64,000 nt of DNA from an uncultured Bacilli bacterium (GCA_947628235.1 CANQZC010000005.1:1460-65459); one strand, 5' to 3'; positions 19,828 through 28,032 are shown, counted from the first letter of the stretch. Made by a program: numbers and translations. The notes: generated by a model not told the origin, from the letters alone.

Positions 19828-20409
19828 ATTCACTACTTAAATGGCTATTAATATAGTTAACTTTGCGCCATAGGTCAAGCAGAATTTCTCTAGTTTCCAC
19901 ATCACGTTACCATGGTTGCGGTTCCCCTTTAAGAAAACTAATACATCGTTTCCGAATGTATGGCTTGATTACCACTCAGTACGCACTGCAATCCTACATT
20001 ACATGACACTCTAGGAGTTTTCCTCACCAACTGTCCATTGTTAATTCTTTTTTGCAATAGGAGTTTCAAATTGCGATACTTAACTGATTCTAGCTAAAAA
20101 CCGGCTAAGTTTGTTCAATTATTCCCTCATATCACGCAAGACAAGCTACACTACCCATAACTATGCGCCACACGGTAGGTTCACGCCTTATCTGTACTCT
20201 ATCAATGGTAGAACACAACAATAAGGTCTCCATGAATGCTGGGTCATGATCGTATGCCATTACGGTTGCCCAACACTCTACCTTTCAGCATCCACCCCAA
20301 ACTGGGCGTAAGAAGCAAACACCAAAAGTTTCACAGATGTGCTCTTTAACAGCTTTTTAATTCTGTCTTCACAATAGACATTATTGACTAGAATAATGTG
20401 CCATCAACA
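19806..20409 (-). ncRNA. large (about 600 nt) structured non-coding RNA, class unassigned
   Basis: No ORF of 60 aa or more in any frame across 19755-20518. The region is visibly richer in G+C than its flanks and has its own promoter and terminator. Many stable helices are present, including a GAAA-capped stem at 19961-19941, a 10-bp helix 20295-20286/20241-20232, a 9-bp hairpin 20217-20193 and an 8-bp helix 19940-19933/19898-19891. Confidence 0.7.
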
Positions 20410-20415
20410 AGTAAC

Positions 20416-20444
20416 ATTTTAGCAAATTTAACAGAATTTGTCAA
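20416..20444 (-). promoter_or_regulatory. near-consensus sigma-A promoter driving the ncRNA
   Basis: Minus strand reads TTGACA (20444-20439), exactly 17-nt spacer, TAAAAT (20421-20416). Confidence 0.8.
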
Positions 20445-20518
20445 ATTTATACTATTCTATGCACTTCTGAAAAATATATTTCAAAAATCTTTTTCCATTC
20501 TTATCTAAAGGATGGTTT

Positions 20519-21256
20519 TTAAAATTGAAAGTCAAAGATATTCGTTTGTTTTTGATAACAGTTTTTTAATTGTTCCATAATTTCTTTCGAAGTATCTTCA
20601 CTATAGTGAAGACCATCGGCGGTTCCAAATCCATTTTCCTGTAAATAAGTATATGTGTCACAATAAAAGATATTTTCTTCTTGAATAGAATCTACAATTT
20701 CTTGATTAAAGTTTTCAATTGCTTCATTCGTAGTCGTGGCTTTTCCCTTACGAGGCCCTTTTTTATGCATTTCCAAATCTACGGGATTGACAGAGACATA
20801 AAATACATTATGATCTTGCCATTTTTCTTTTAATTTTTGAATATAAGAAGCATAGGTTTTCGCATCGCATATTTTTTTATTATCTAATTTTTGAACTCGT
20901 ATTAAATCATTTACCCCAAGATTGATAAAAATAGAAAAGTGCTCATCGGGATATTCTTGAATAAGTTTATCTACTTCTTTTTCCGCCGTTTCCCAAAGAT
21001 AATTACAAGTAACTCCATCCTTAGAAATAAAAAAGATATTAGGTTCTTCTACGACTTCACTGACATCGACAGTTCTAGAGTCCCCAATCACAATAAATTT
21101 ATCTGTTAGATAAATAGATGACTCCTCCACTTTCGCATCTACGCCTTTATCTAGAGATGGTACTTTCGAATCTTCTAGATGGAAAAAATAAGCAGCTATA
21201 CTAACTAGTAAGACAAAGAAAAAACTGCCAAGAATTCGTTTCATAAAATCATCCAC
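20519..21256 (-). CDS. secreted or membrane-anchored SGNH/GDSL-family hydrolase
   Basis: N-terminal TM, then SGNH blocks: VIGDSRT (block I), LGVNDL (block III), DGLHY (block V). Confidence 0.8.
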   Translation of the reverse strand: MDDFMKRILGSFFFVLLVSIAAYFFHLEDSKVPSLDKGVDAKVEESSIYLTDKFIVIGDSRTVDVSEVVEEPNIFFISKDGVTCNYLWETAEKEVDKLIQEYPDEHFSIFINLGVNDLIRVQKLDNKKICDAKTYASYIQKLKEKWQDHNVFYVSVNPVDLEMHKKGPRKGKATTTNEAIENFNQEIVDSIQEENIFYCDTYTYLQENGFGTADGLHYSEDTSKEIMEQLKNCYQKQTNIFDFQF

Positions 21257-21276
21257 TCTCCTAAATCACTTGTCTT

Positions 21277-21308
21277 ATTATAACGAAAAAAGTTGAACAT
21301 ATCAACTT
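21277..21308 (-). promoter_or_regulatory. overlapping terminator (gtrA-tagO unit) and promoter (SGNH gene)
   Basis: Hairpin AAGUUGA-UAUGU-UCAACUU plus U6 on the minus strand (21308-21285). TTGATA (21305-21300), 17-nt spacer and TATAAT (21282-21277) are embedded in the same sequence. Confidence 0.6.
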
Positions 21309-21429
21309 TCTTTTGAAATATTTTTTGTTTTTACATCTGTTTTCCACTTTTCCTAATCGATAAATTCTAAAGCCTAGAAGATGGAATATGATAAAAGTTA
21401 AAAAATTAAGTAGAAATTTTTTCTTTTCT

Positions 21430-21864
21430 TTAGCGTTTTTTTGAAAAAACAATAAATTTACTAAGAAGATAGTTTCCCACAATGACAACTACCTGAGCAA
21501 CAAGCGTCCAAAAAATAACTTGAATATTTCCATCTTGCTTTAAATGAGTAATAAAAAGCCAAAGAAGAAAAGATTCCATCAAAAGAGTTACTACTCGAGA
21601 AGAAACAAAAAGAGAAATTTCATGGAAAATTTTCTTACTTTTGCTTTGAAAGACAAAACTTCGATTCGTTACATACGCAAAAAGAACAGAAAGTATCCAA
21701 GAAAGAACAACAGAAATCTGTAGTTCTATAGGATTTTTCGCATCTAAAAAAGTAAATAATAAGACATATTTCGTAGCTAACGAAACTAAAGTAGTTAAAA
21801 CACCAATCACTAAATAGCGAAAAATTTCTTCGTATTTATGAATTACTTCTTTTATCCATTTCAT
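21430..21864 (-). CDS. GtrA-family membrane protein (putative lipid-linked sugar flippase)
   Basis: The start is moved to MKWIKEV (ATG 21864), giving 144 aa and 4 TM. It has FRYLVIGVLTTLVSL and NRSFVFQS motifs typical of GtrA/GtcA. Confidence 0.75.
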   Translation of the reverse strand: MKWIKEVIHKYEEIFRYLVIGVLTTLVSLATKYVLLFTFLDAKNPIELQISVVLSWILSVLFAYVTNRSFVFQSKSKKIFHEISLFVSSRVVTLLMESFLLWLFITHLKQDGNIQVIFWTLVAQVVVIVGNYLLSKFIVFSKKR

Positions 21865-21868
21865 TGTT

Positions 21869-22957
21869 TTAACCTTTCTTTTTAGGACTACTCTTTTTCT
21901 TCTTTTCTTCTTTTTCAGAAATATCATTATGATTATGATCAAATACTACATCGGTTTTAAGCGCAAAGATAAGTACACAAAAAAGTAAAATACCATAGAG
22001 AATATATCCTAATTTAGCGTCCTTTAAGACATAGACTAAAGAAGCTCCTGCAAATAAAGCCGTTGCTAAATAGATGATTAATACGGTTGCTCTTTGACTT
22101 AAATGTCTTCTCAATAATTGATGATGAATATGCATCTTATCCGGAGTAGAAATACTCTCTCCTTTTAACTTTCTTCGAATAATCGCAAATAAGGTATCAG
22201 AGATAGGAATCGTTAAAAGTAAAAGAGGTACGATGATAGAAGTCATCATGACATTCTTAAATCCTAATAAAGTAATTACGGCAATAATAAATCCTAAGAA
22301 CATGGATCCAGAATCACCCATAAAGATACTGGCAGGATAAAAATTATGAAATAAAAATCCTAAACACGAACCAACAAGGATGAAAGATAAAACAAACGCT
22401 AGTCCATATTCTCCCTTACAAGCTGCAATAATTCCAATCGTAAGAAAGAAAATCGTCGAGATTCCCCCTGCTAATCCATCTAATCCATCAATTAAATTAA
22501 TACAATTAATACATCCTAAAATAAAGAATATCGTGATTGGATAAGCAAAGTATCCAAAATCAATATAAATATGAAAAGCATCAATATTTTTTAATAAAAT
22601 GCCGCCATAAAAAACCACAATTAAAGCAGCAATCAATTGTCCAACAAACTTATGCGAAGCTTTTAACGGTTTGATATCATCCATAACTCCTACTAGTACA
22701 ATCACAAAACTTCCTATTAAAATAGAGTTCATCTGTGCTGTCGCACTACCAAATAACATATATCCTAATAAGAAACCACCATAAATTCCTAGTCCTCCTA
22801 GTCGAGGAATGGGATGAGTATGAACCTTTCTAGCATTCGGAATATCGAGGGCCCCTACATGCTCTGCTACTTTTCGAATAAAAGGAATTGTCATTGCTAC
22901 AAATAAGCAAGGAATCGCAATCATCGAAAAAATTTGTAAAATAAGTCCTTGATTCAT
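21869..22957 (-). CDS. undecaprenyl-phosphate GlcNAc-1-phosphate transferase (TagO/WecA, MraY superfamily)
   Basis: 362 aa with about 10 TM. Motifs include DIPNARKVHTHPIPRLGG, MDDIKPL, NLIDGLDGLAGG and MGDSGSMFLGF. Confidence 0.85.
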   Translation of the reverse strand: MNQGLILQIFSMIAIPCLFVAMTIPFIRKVAEHVGALDIPNARKVHTHPIPRLGGLGIYGGFLLGYMLFGSATAQMNSILIGSFVIVLVGVMDDIKPLKASHKFVGQLIAALIVVFYGGILLKNIDAFHIYIDFGYFAYPITIFFILGCINCINLIDGLDGLAGGISTIFFLTIGIIAACKGEYGLAFVLSFILVGSCLGFLFHNFYPASIFMGDSGSMFLGFIIAVITLLGFKNVMMTSIIVPLLLLTIPISDTLFAIIRRKLKGESISTPDKMHIHHQLLRRHLSQRATVLIIYLATALFAGASLVYVLKDAKLGYILYGILLFCVLIFALKTDVVFDHNHNDISEKEEKKKKSSPKKKG

Positions 22958-23083
22958 AAAATCACCAAATTCATTATATCATATTTTCTTTTGTTTTACT
23001 ATTCTTCTGTCAAGTCTAGGAAAGTGATGAGAAAAATATTTCTTTCTCTTTTATTTTTTTGTATAATGATAGTGGTGAAGTCT

Positions 23084-23986
23084 ATGAAAAGAGAAAATAG
23101 AAGACGCGATAATAGAATCACAAGAAGTGAAAGAATATCTCAAGAACAAGAAGTGGTAGAAATTCCTGCTAAAGAAATAAAAGAGGAAGAAATTACGACG
23201 ACAAATACAGCAGAAATTCAAGTAGGAGAAATTAAAGTTCAAGAAGAGAGTTTACCAGAAAATCTTCTTCCTAATATAGAGAATTCCGATGAAGAAATCT
23301 TTAAAGACGATTTCCCTTCCAAAGAAAAGAAATCCTTGAATCCCATTCCTTGGATTGCAATTCTTTTTCTAGGATGCTTAGGAATATTCCTTTATCTTAT
23401 CTTATTCCATACGGGAAATGAGAATCTATTTATGATAGATGGATTTGGACTCTTAGTTCTTCTTTTCCTTTTTGGAATTGCTACTCTATTAAAAAGAAAA
23501 GGAACTTTCGTATTCTCCTTTCTATGCTTTTTACTTTCTAGTTGTTATCTTGGTTACAACATATACTTTCTTATGACATACGAAGAAGAACAAAACAAGA
23601 TAGTAGAAGAAGAAAGCAAAAAAGGAATTGTTAAAAATTATCTTTGTACTTATGAAGAAGAAAATATGACTCAAAAAATTCAAACAGAAGATGGAAATAT
23701 GAAAAACCTTCTCATTACTTTTGAGGTAAGCGAAGAAGAGGAAGCTAAAAAATTTGTAGAATCTATCGAAATCGTAGATGGATTTCAGATTGAACAAGAA
23801 AAAGAAAAAATTACGATGACTTTTGATCTTACCAAATTAGATAGTAATCAATATAAAGTATTGATGCGTACTTACTTAGACTATCAGCGAAAAACAAGTG
23901 ATTTTACTTATCTTGAAGGAGAAAATTATCTCTATACAAAATATCTAGGAGAATTAGAAGGCTTTAATTGTACGGAAGAAAAATAG
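23084..23986 (+). CDS. hypothetical membrane protein (charged N-terminus, 3-4 TM, C-terminal soluble domain)
   Basis: The start is moved to MKRENRRRD (ATG 23084). A TATAAT box lies at 23062-23067 and GGTGAAG lies before the ATG. The ORF-track start at 22949 overlaps tagO. Confidence 0.5.
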   Translation: MKRENRRRDNRITRSERISQEQEVVEIPAKEIKEEEITTTNTAEIQVGEIKVQEESLPENLLPNIENSDEEIFKDDFPSKEKKSLNPIPWIAILFLGCLGIFLYLILFHTGNENLFMIDGFGLLVLLFLFGIATLLKRKGTFVFSFLCFLLSSCYLGYNIYFLMTYEEEQNKIVEEESKKGIVKNYLCTYEEENMTQKIQTEDGNMKNLLITFEVSEEEEAKKFVESIEIVDGFQIEQEKEKITMTFDLTKLDSNQYKVLMRTYLDYQRKTSDFTYLEGENYLYTKYLGELEGFNCTEEK

Positions 23987-24008
23987 TTTTCTTCCTTTTT
24001 TATTTTCA

Positions 24009-24036
24009 AAAAAAGAACCTTTATAGGTTCATTTTT
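24009..24036. terminator. bidirectional terminator between convergent genes
   Basis: A-run, GAACCU-UUAU-AGGUUC, then a U-rich tail. The stop codon of the minus-strand gene (24021-24023) sits in the loop. Confidence 0.6.
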
Positions 24037-25325
24037 CTTTCTATTTTTCTTTTTTTCGCAAAGAGTAAAACAAGGAAGAAGAGAAGGAAAATAACACATC
24101 CAGATAAAATCATAGTAACAAAGAAAAATCTCTTTTCTAAACTTTCTATCTCTTTCATATCTTGTACTTGAAATCTTTGAAGAGTTCTTTCTTCTTCATC
24201 ATAGGTATACCAATTTTCTTCTCCTGTTTCAATATTGATTCCATAAATTAAAGGATAGTTAGAATTACTTGAACGATAAGTGGGAATTTTTAAAGAATCG
24301 ATAGAAACTTCTCCTTTTGCTTCATAGCCTTCTGGAATTTCTTCTTTCGGTGTTAAGGTAACTATCGTAATTCCATTAAATGAAGTTTCAATGTAAGGCG
24401 TATAACTGCCATCTTCTTCCATTTTATAAAAGCCAACTTCCCCTTCTGGATTCTTTAGGGCAACTAACCGATATCCTGTAATATCCGATTCAAAAATAGG
24501 TGCTTCTTCTTCTCCAAAGAAAGTCGTTGTCTCTGTAAAAGTGGAAGGAACAGATAAGCCTTCTGTTTTTCTAACGACATTATATTCTTCTCCATCGACT
24601 GTTACGACAATAGGATTTAACTCTTTGACATGAATTCGAATTTTATATTCTTTGGTACTTCCATTTTCTGCCGTAACACGAATCGTAAACTTGTTATCTC
24701 CTTCTGATAATAGTTTCGTTCCCGTTCCCGAAATACTAGCTTTAGAATCTTCCTTAGATGCTTTGATGGTGACAGACTCTGTTCCATTTTCTACTTCTAG
24801 AGAATATTCTAAAGTATTTTTGTCAAATTTAGGAGTCAATTCATATCCTTCTACAGATAAACTCTTTAAGTTATTATTTTTAGAATAACTAGCTTCTATC
24901 TCGGCTTTGGTTTTTACATTAAAAGTATAACTACCATTCGTAACGGATAAATACTTTTCAGAATAGTTCATGACCTCAGAATTGGCAATAGATACTTTAG
25001 CGCTTCCAGATTTGATGGCTTCAAAGGTAGCTGTATATGTTTTTGTTTTAATATTTGAACCGGATGTAACTCCTACGGAGTTTGTTCTTCCCTCTAGAGT
25101 AGAACTTACAAATTTTAATCTAGCGGTATCATATTTTAAATCAAACTCCCAAGCTCCTAATGGATCTCCTGAGGAAATGGTTATCGTTACTTTTACTTTC
25201 TCTCCTACCAATACGGTTTTTGGTGATCCTGTAACGGTAATTTTAGCGCTTGCTCCGAAAACCGTATCTATCTTAAAGAAGAGACAACTAAATAAGACTA
25301 GAAAAAGAAATATATTTTTTTTCAT
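24021..25325 (-). CDS. cell-surface protein: signal peptide, cohesin-like domain, cadherin-like beta-sandwich domain, C-terminal TM anchor
   Basis: The cohesin-like segment is KITVTGSPKTVLVGEKVKVTITISSGDPLGAWEFDLKYDTARLKFVSS. The cadherin-like segment is NNLKSLSVEGYELTPKFDKNTLEYSLEV...NKFTIRVTAENGSTKEYKIRIHV. The C-terminal TM is FFFVTMILSGCVIFLLFFLVLLF, followed by basic residues. Confidence 0.7.
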   Translation of the reverse strand: MKKNIFLFLVLFSCLFFKIDTVFGASAKITVTGSPKTVLVGEKVKVTITISSGDPLGAWEFDLKYDTARLKFVSSTLEGRTNSVGVTSGSNIKTKTYTATFEAIKSGSAKVSIANSEVMNYSEKYLSVTNGSYTFNVKTKAEIEASYSKNNNLKSLSVEGYELTPKFDKNTLEYSLEVENGTESVTIKASKEDSKASISGTGTKLLSEGDNKFTIRVTAENGSTKEYKIRIHVKELNPIVVTVDGEEYNVVRKTEGLSVPSTFTETTTFFGEEEAPIFESDITGYRLVALKNPEGEVGFYKMEEDGSYTPYIETSFNGITIVTLTPKEEIPEGYEAKGEVSIDSLKIPTYRSSNSNYPLIYGINIETGEENWYTYDEEERTLQRFQVQDMKEIESLEKRFFFVTMILSGCVIFLLFFLVLLFAKKRKIERKMNL

Positions 25326-25336
25326 TTTATCACTCC

Positions 25337-27415
25337 TTATTTTTGACTAATGTTACTACTACCTAGTATATGTTTTTGAACTTTTAATAAGTCTAGGATG
25401 GTTATTTTTCCATCTTTGCTTGGATCAGCAGCTTCCATACTAGCGCCAGTTAATTTAGAAGAACCTAAGATATGTTTTTGAAGTTGTAGTAAGTCTAAAA
25501 TAGAAATTTTTCCATCTCCAGAAACATCTCCATAAAGAACAACTGTCAAAGTTTTCTTATCTTCTCCACTTTGTATCGTTACTTGATCGCCAGTAACTAA
25601 AGACTCTGTCGTTTTCTCTTTTTTATTATTGATAATGGTTACTTTCGCAGTCGCAGATACCGATAGGATTTGCGTTGTTATATCAGATGCTTTTTCACCA
25701 AATGTTAAATCTACAATATAATCATTTCTCGTTGTGATTTTTGCTGCTGCAAGAATCTCTTCGACAGTTGGATAGGTGACATCATCCTCAAATAGTTTTT
25801 CATTTCTAACAATGATTACTTCATAAGTTTTGGTATCTCCATTTTGTGCTTTTACTTTTAGGGAAATAGTATTATCCCCTACTTCTAAGGAAGTCTCTCC
25901 GGTTCCTGTTACCGTTGCAGCTGAATTAATCGTTTTAGCTGTTACTTTTACTTTTTCTACGCCATAATCGACATAAACTTTATAACTTGTGTTAGAAGAA
26001 GAGAATCCTTCTACTTTAGTACCATCAATCGCAATCTCTTTTAGTAAATTATTTGGATTTCCCTTGGAAGGAAGAGATGTTTTTTCAGGCATATTTTTAT
26101 AGACAGGAATATGAAATGTAAAAGCAGATTCAATTAATCCCGAAGCTACATACGAATGATAGGTTGTGGTTGCTTCAGAAGAAGGTGCTTGAATATTCTG
26201 CATATATTGATGCGTATAGTTTTTATGGACATTTTCAATTCCTTTTGATTCCGCATATTTCTGAACAGTATTCCATTTTTTAAAATAACTAGTATCTTGC
26301 CCTGTCGTAATATAAGTATCAGCGATAAATTCAGCTCCTCCAATAATCGCTTTTTCTTCCGATGTCCATGGACGACCAAAAGAAGCTGTTTTATTAGGAA
26401 GACCTTCCGCAGCATACACTAATCCTCTAGCAGTCGATCCTCCCACACCAGAAGTAGCGCCGATATTATAGAAGTTATAGACTCCTTCATAAGTCTTTCC
26501 ATCATAAGTAAATTTTTTTCCACTAACCGCCGCCGAAGCAGTAGTTCCTGCCCCTACTTCCTGCCTTGATAATGCCGCTAAATAAATAGGATTAACACCA
26601 GTCTTCTCTGCCGCTTTTATAAAGAGATCAGAGAATTTAGCAATATAAGCATTTCCTAATAAAGTTTGAACTCCTTCTAATGTCTGTAGTTCTTTATTGT
26701 AAGAAAGGGCTTCAAATTGGAAAATATACATATCAATTAAGAAATTTCTGGGATCCATATAATAAGCAATCGTCTCTTGATTCGCGGCATACCAATTACT
26801 TCCATCATAAACAGTAAATTTATCTTTTTCCCAATCATAGTTTTCAGATTTGGTAGAAAGATATCCTTGCGTAGAAGAAGAAGTGGATTGAATTAAACTT
26901 TTTTTACCAGAATCTTCATTATCTACAGCAGTATTAAAATCAAGTCCAGTATCAATAGCAACAAATTGCCAAGATGGATGAGCCTCTTTTAAAATGGCTA
27001 AAGACTCCCAATAACTTTCTGGAAATCCTGCTTCAGTAAATTCTTTTTGAAGTTCTTCACTGACTTCCGCAATATGAATATTATCCGTACATAGCCATCC
27101 TTTATAATTGGTATTTCTAGTTTTTACATTGACATAAGAAAAGGTTGTTTTACATTCACTACCATTTCCTTTGGTAGGTGCGGGAACTGGTTCTGTGGTC
27201 GTAATGACCGTAACAGGATCACCCGTATCTACCCAATAAACATTATCTACTAATTTTTTAAAAGTTGTATCTTTATAGAAGCAATTTCCCGTCGAACCAC
27301 TCCTTAAAGAACAGGTTCCTGTAGCAATAAATTTTCCTTCATAATTTGCTTCTAAAGAAAGTGGTGATAAAAAGAACAAAAAGAAAAGTACAAAAACTAA
27401 AAAATATCGTTTCAT
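25337..27415 (-). CDS. secreted peptidoglycan hydrolase (LytD-type N-acetylglucosaminidase) with cadherin-like domain and C-terminal dockerin
   Basis: Signal peptide. LytD/COG4193-like region (YYMDPRNFL...IFQFEALSY; YLAALSRQEVGAG; YNFYNIGA). Cadherin-like module (NNLLKEIAIDGTKVEGFSSSNTSYKVYV...). Two dockerin Ca-binding repeats (DVSGDGKISILDLLQLQKHILG and DPSKDGKITILDLLKVQKHILG). Confidence 0.75.
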   Translation of the reverse strand: MKRYFLVFVLFFLFFLSPLSLEANYEGKFIATGTCSLRSGSTGNCFYKDTTFKKLVDNVYWVDTGDPVTVITTTEPVPAPTKGNGSECKTTFSYVNVKTRNTNYKGWLCTDNIHIAEVSEELQKEFTEAGFPESYWESLAILKEAHPSWQFVAIDTGLDFNTAVDNEDSGKKSLIQSTSSSTQGYLSTKSENYDWEKDKFTVYDGSNWYAANQETIAYYMDPRNFLIDMYIFQFEALSYNKELQTLEGVQTLLGNAYIAKFSDLFIKAAEKTGVNPIYLAALSRQEVGAGTTASAAVSGKKFTYDGKTYEGVYNFYNIGATSGVGGSTARGLVYAAEGLPNKTASFGRPWTSEEKAIIGGAEFIADTYITTGQDTSYFKKWNTVQKYAESKGIENVHKNYTHQYMQNIQAPSSEATTTYHSYVASGLIESAFTFHIPVYKNMPEKTSLPSKGNPNNLLKEIAIDGTKVEGFSSSNTSYKVYVDYGVEKVKVTAKTINSAATVTGTGETSLEVGDNTISLKVKAQNGDTKTYEVIIVRNEKLFEDDVTYPTVEEILAAAKITTRNDYIVDLTFGEKASDITTQILSVSATAKVTIINNKKEKTTESLVTGDQVTIQSGEDKKTLTVVLYGDVSGDGKISILDLLQLQKHILGSSKLTGASMEAADPSKDGKITILDLLKVQKHILGSSNISQK

Positions 27416-27482
27416 TTTATCACCTTCCCTTATTATTCATTATATCAAACCTCATACAAAAAAGAAAGCAAAGCTCTCTTTT

Positions 27483-28016
27483 CTATGGCAAGTATTTGTA
27501 AATCGACACTTTCTTTTCCCCATACTGTTTTTCTTTCCATAATTGATAGCAGGAAGGAACTTTCATTTCTTCTGTTTCATATTCACAAATAAGGAGACTA
27601 TTTTCTTTTAAAATTTCTGGTAAATCATGAAGGGTTGGTGTAATTAAGTTTTCTTGATAGGGAGGATCTAGAAAGACGATATCAAAAGTTTTTCCCTCTC
27701 TTTTTAAATGATTTATAGCCTCCCGATAATCTAATGACAAGAAGTGACTCCCTTCTATTCCTTCTAAATTCTGTTTTAATATTTTGCCAATTTCTCTTCC
27801 ATGATCGATGAAGTAGCATTCTTTCGCACCATTCGATAATGCTTCGATTCCTAAAGAACCACTACCAGCAAAAAGGTCTAATACCGTCGTATCTTTTAAG
27901 TTTCCTTGAATCATCGCAAATAAAGATTCCTTTACTCGGTCCATCGTTGGTCTTGTTCCTAAAGTATGAAATCCTTCTATCTTTTTTCCTTTATATTTTC
28001 CACTTATGACACGCAT
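27483..28016 (-). CDS. rsmD: 16S rRNA (guanine966-N2)-methyltransferase
   Basis: 177 aa with MRVISGKYKGKKI..., DLFAGSGSLGIEALSNGA and FLDPPY. Confidence 0.85.
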   Translation of the reverse strand: MRVISGKYKGKKIEGFHTLGTRPTMDRVKESLFAMIQGNLKDTTVLDLFAGSGSLGIEALSNGAKECYFIDHGREIGKILKQNLEGIEGSHFLSLDYREAINHLKREGKTFDIVFLDPPYQENLITPTLHDLPEILKENSLLICEYETEEMKVPSCYQLWKEKQYGEKKVSIYKYLP

Positions 28017-28032
28017 ATCATCACCACTAACA

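Noticed and set aside
19806-20409. I considered whether the ORF-free region is one of the housekeeping RNAs (RNase P RNA, tmRNA, SRP/4.5S-scRNA, 6S), a tRNA cluster, a riboswitch leader or a group II intron remnant.
   Set aside because: RNase P RNA: no GAGGAAAGUCC-type P4 element. tmRNA: no tRNA-like 3' end (..CCACCA context) and no Ala-rich tag reading frame. SRP RNA: no domain IV motif. tRNA: no T-loop GGUUCGAAUCC-type arms. Group II intron: no GUGYG 5' end and no domain V. Riboswitch leader: the length (about 600 nt) fits none of these classes, and the terminator is followed by a separate promoter, so this is not a 5' leader. The region is kept as an unassigned ncRNA instead.
21261-21488. 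A 75-aa ORF lies between the SGNH hydrolase and gtrA genes. Similar cases are 55598-55912 (overlapping the glmS start), 58049-58261, 18182-18391 and 23968-24171.
   Set aside because: They span terminators or promoters, or overlap real gene ends. They have no RBS and improbable sequences, so I treat them as non-coding.
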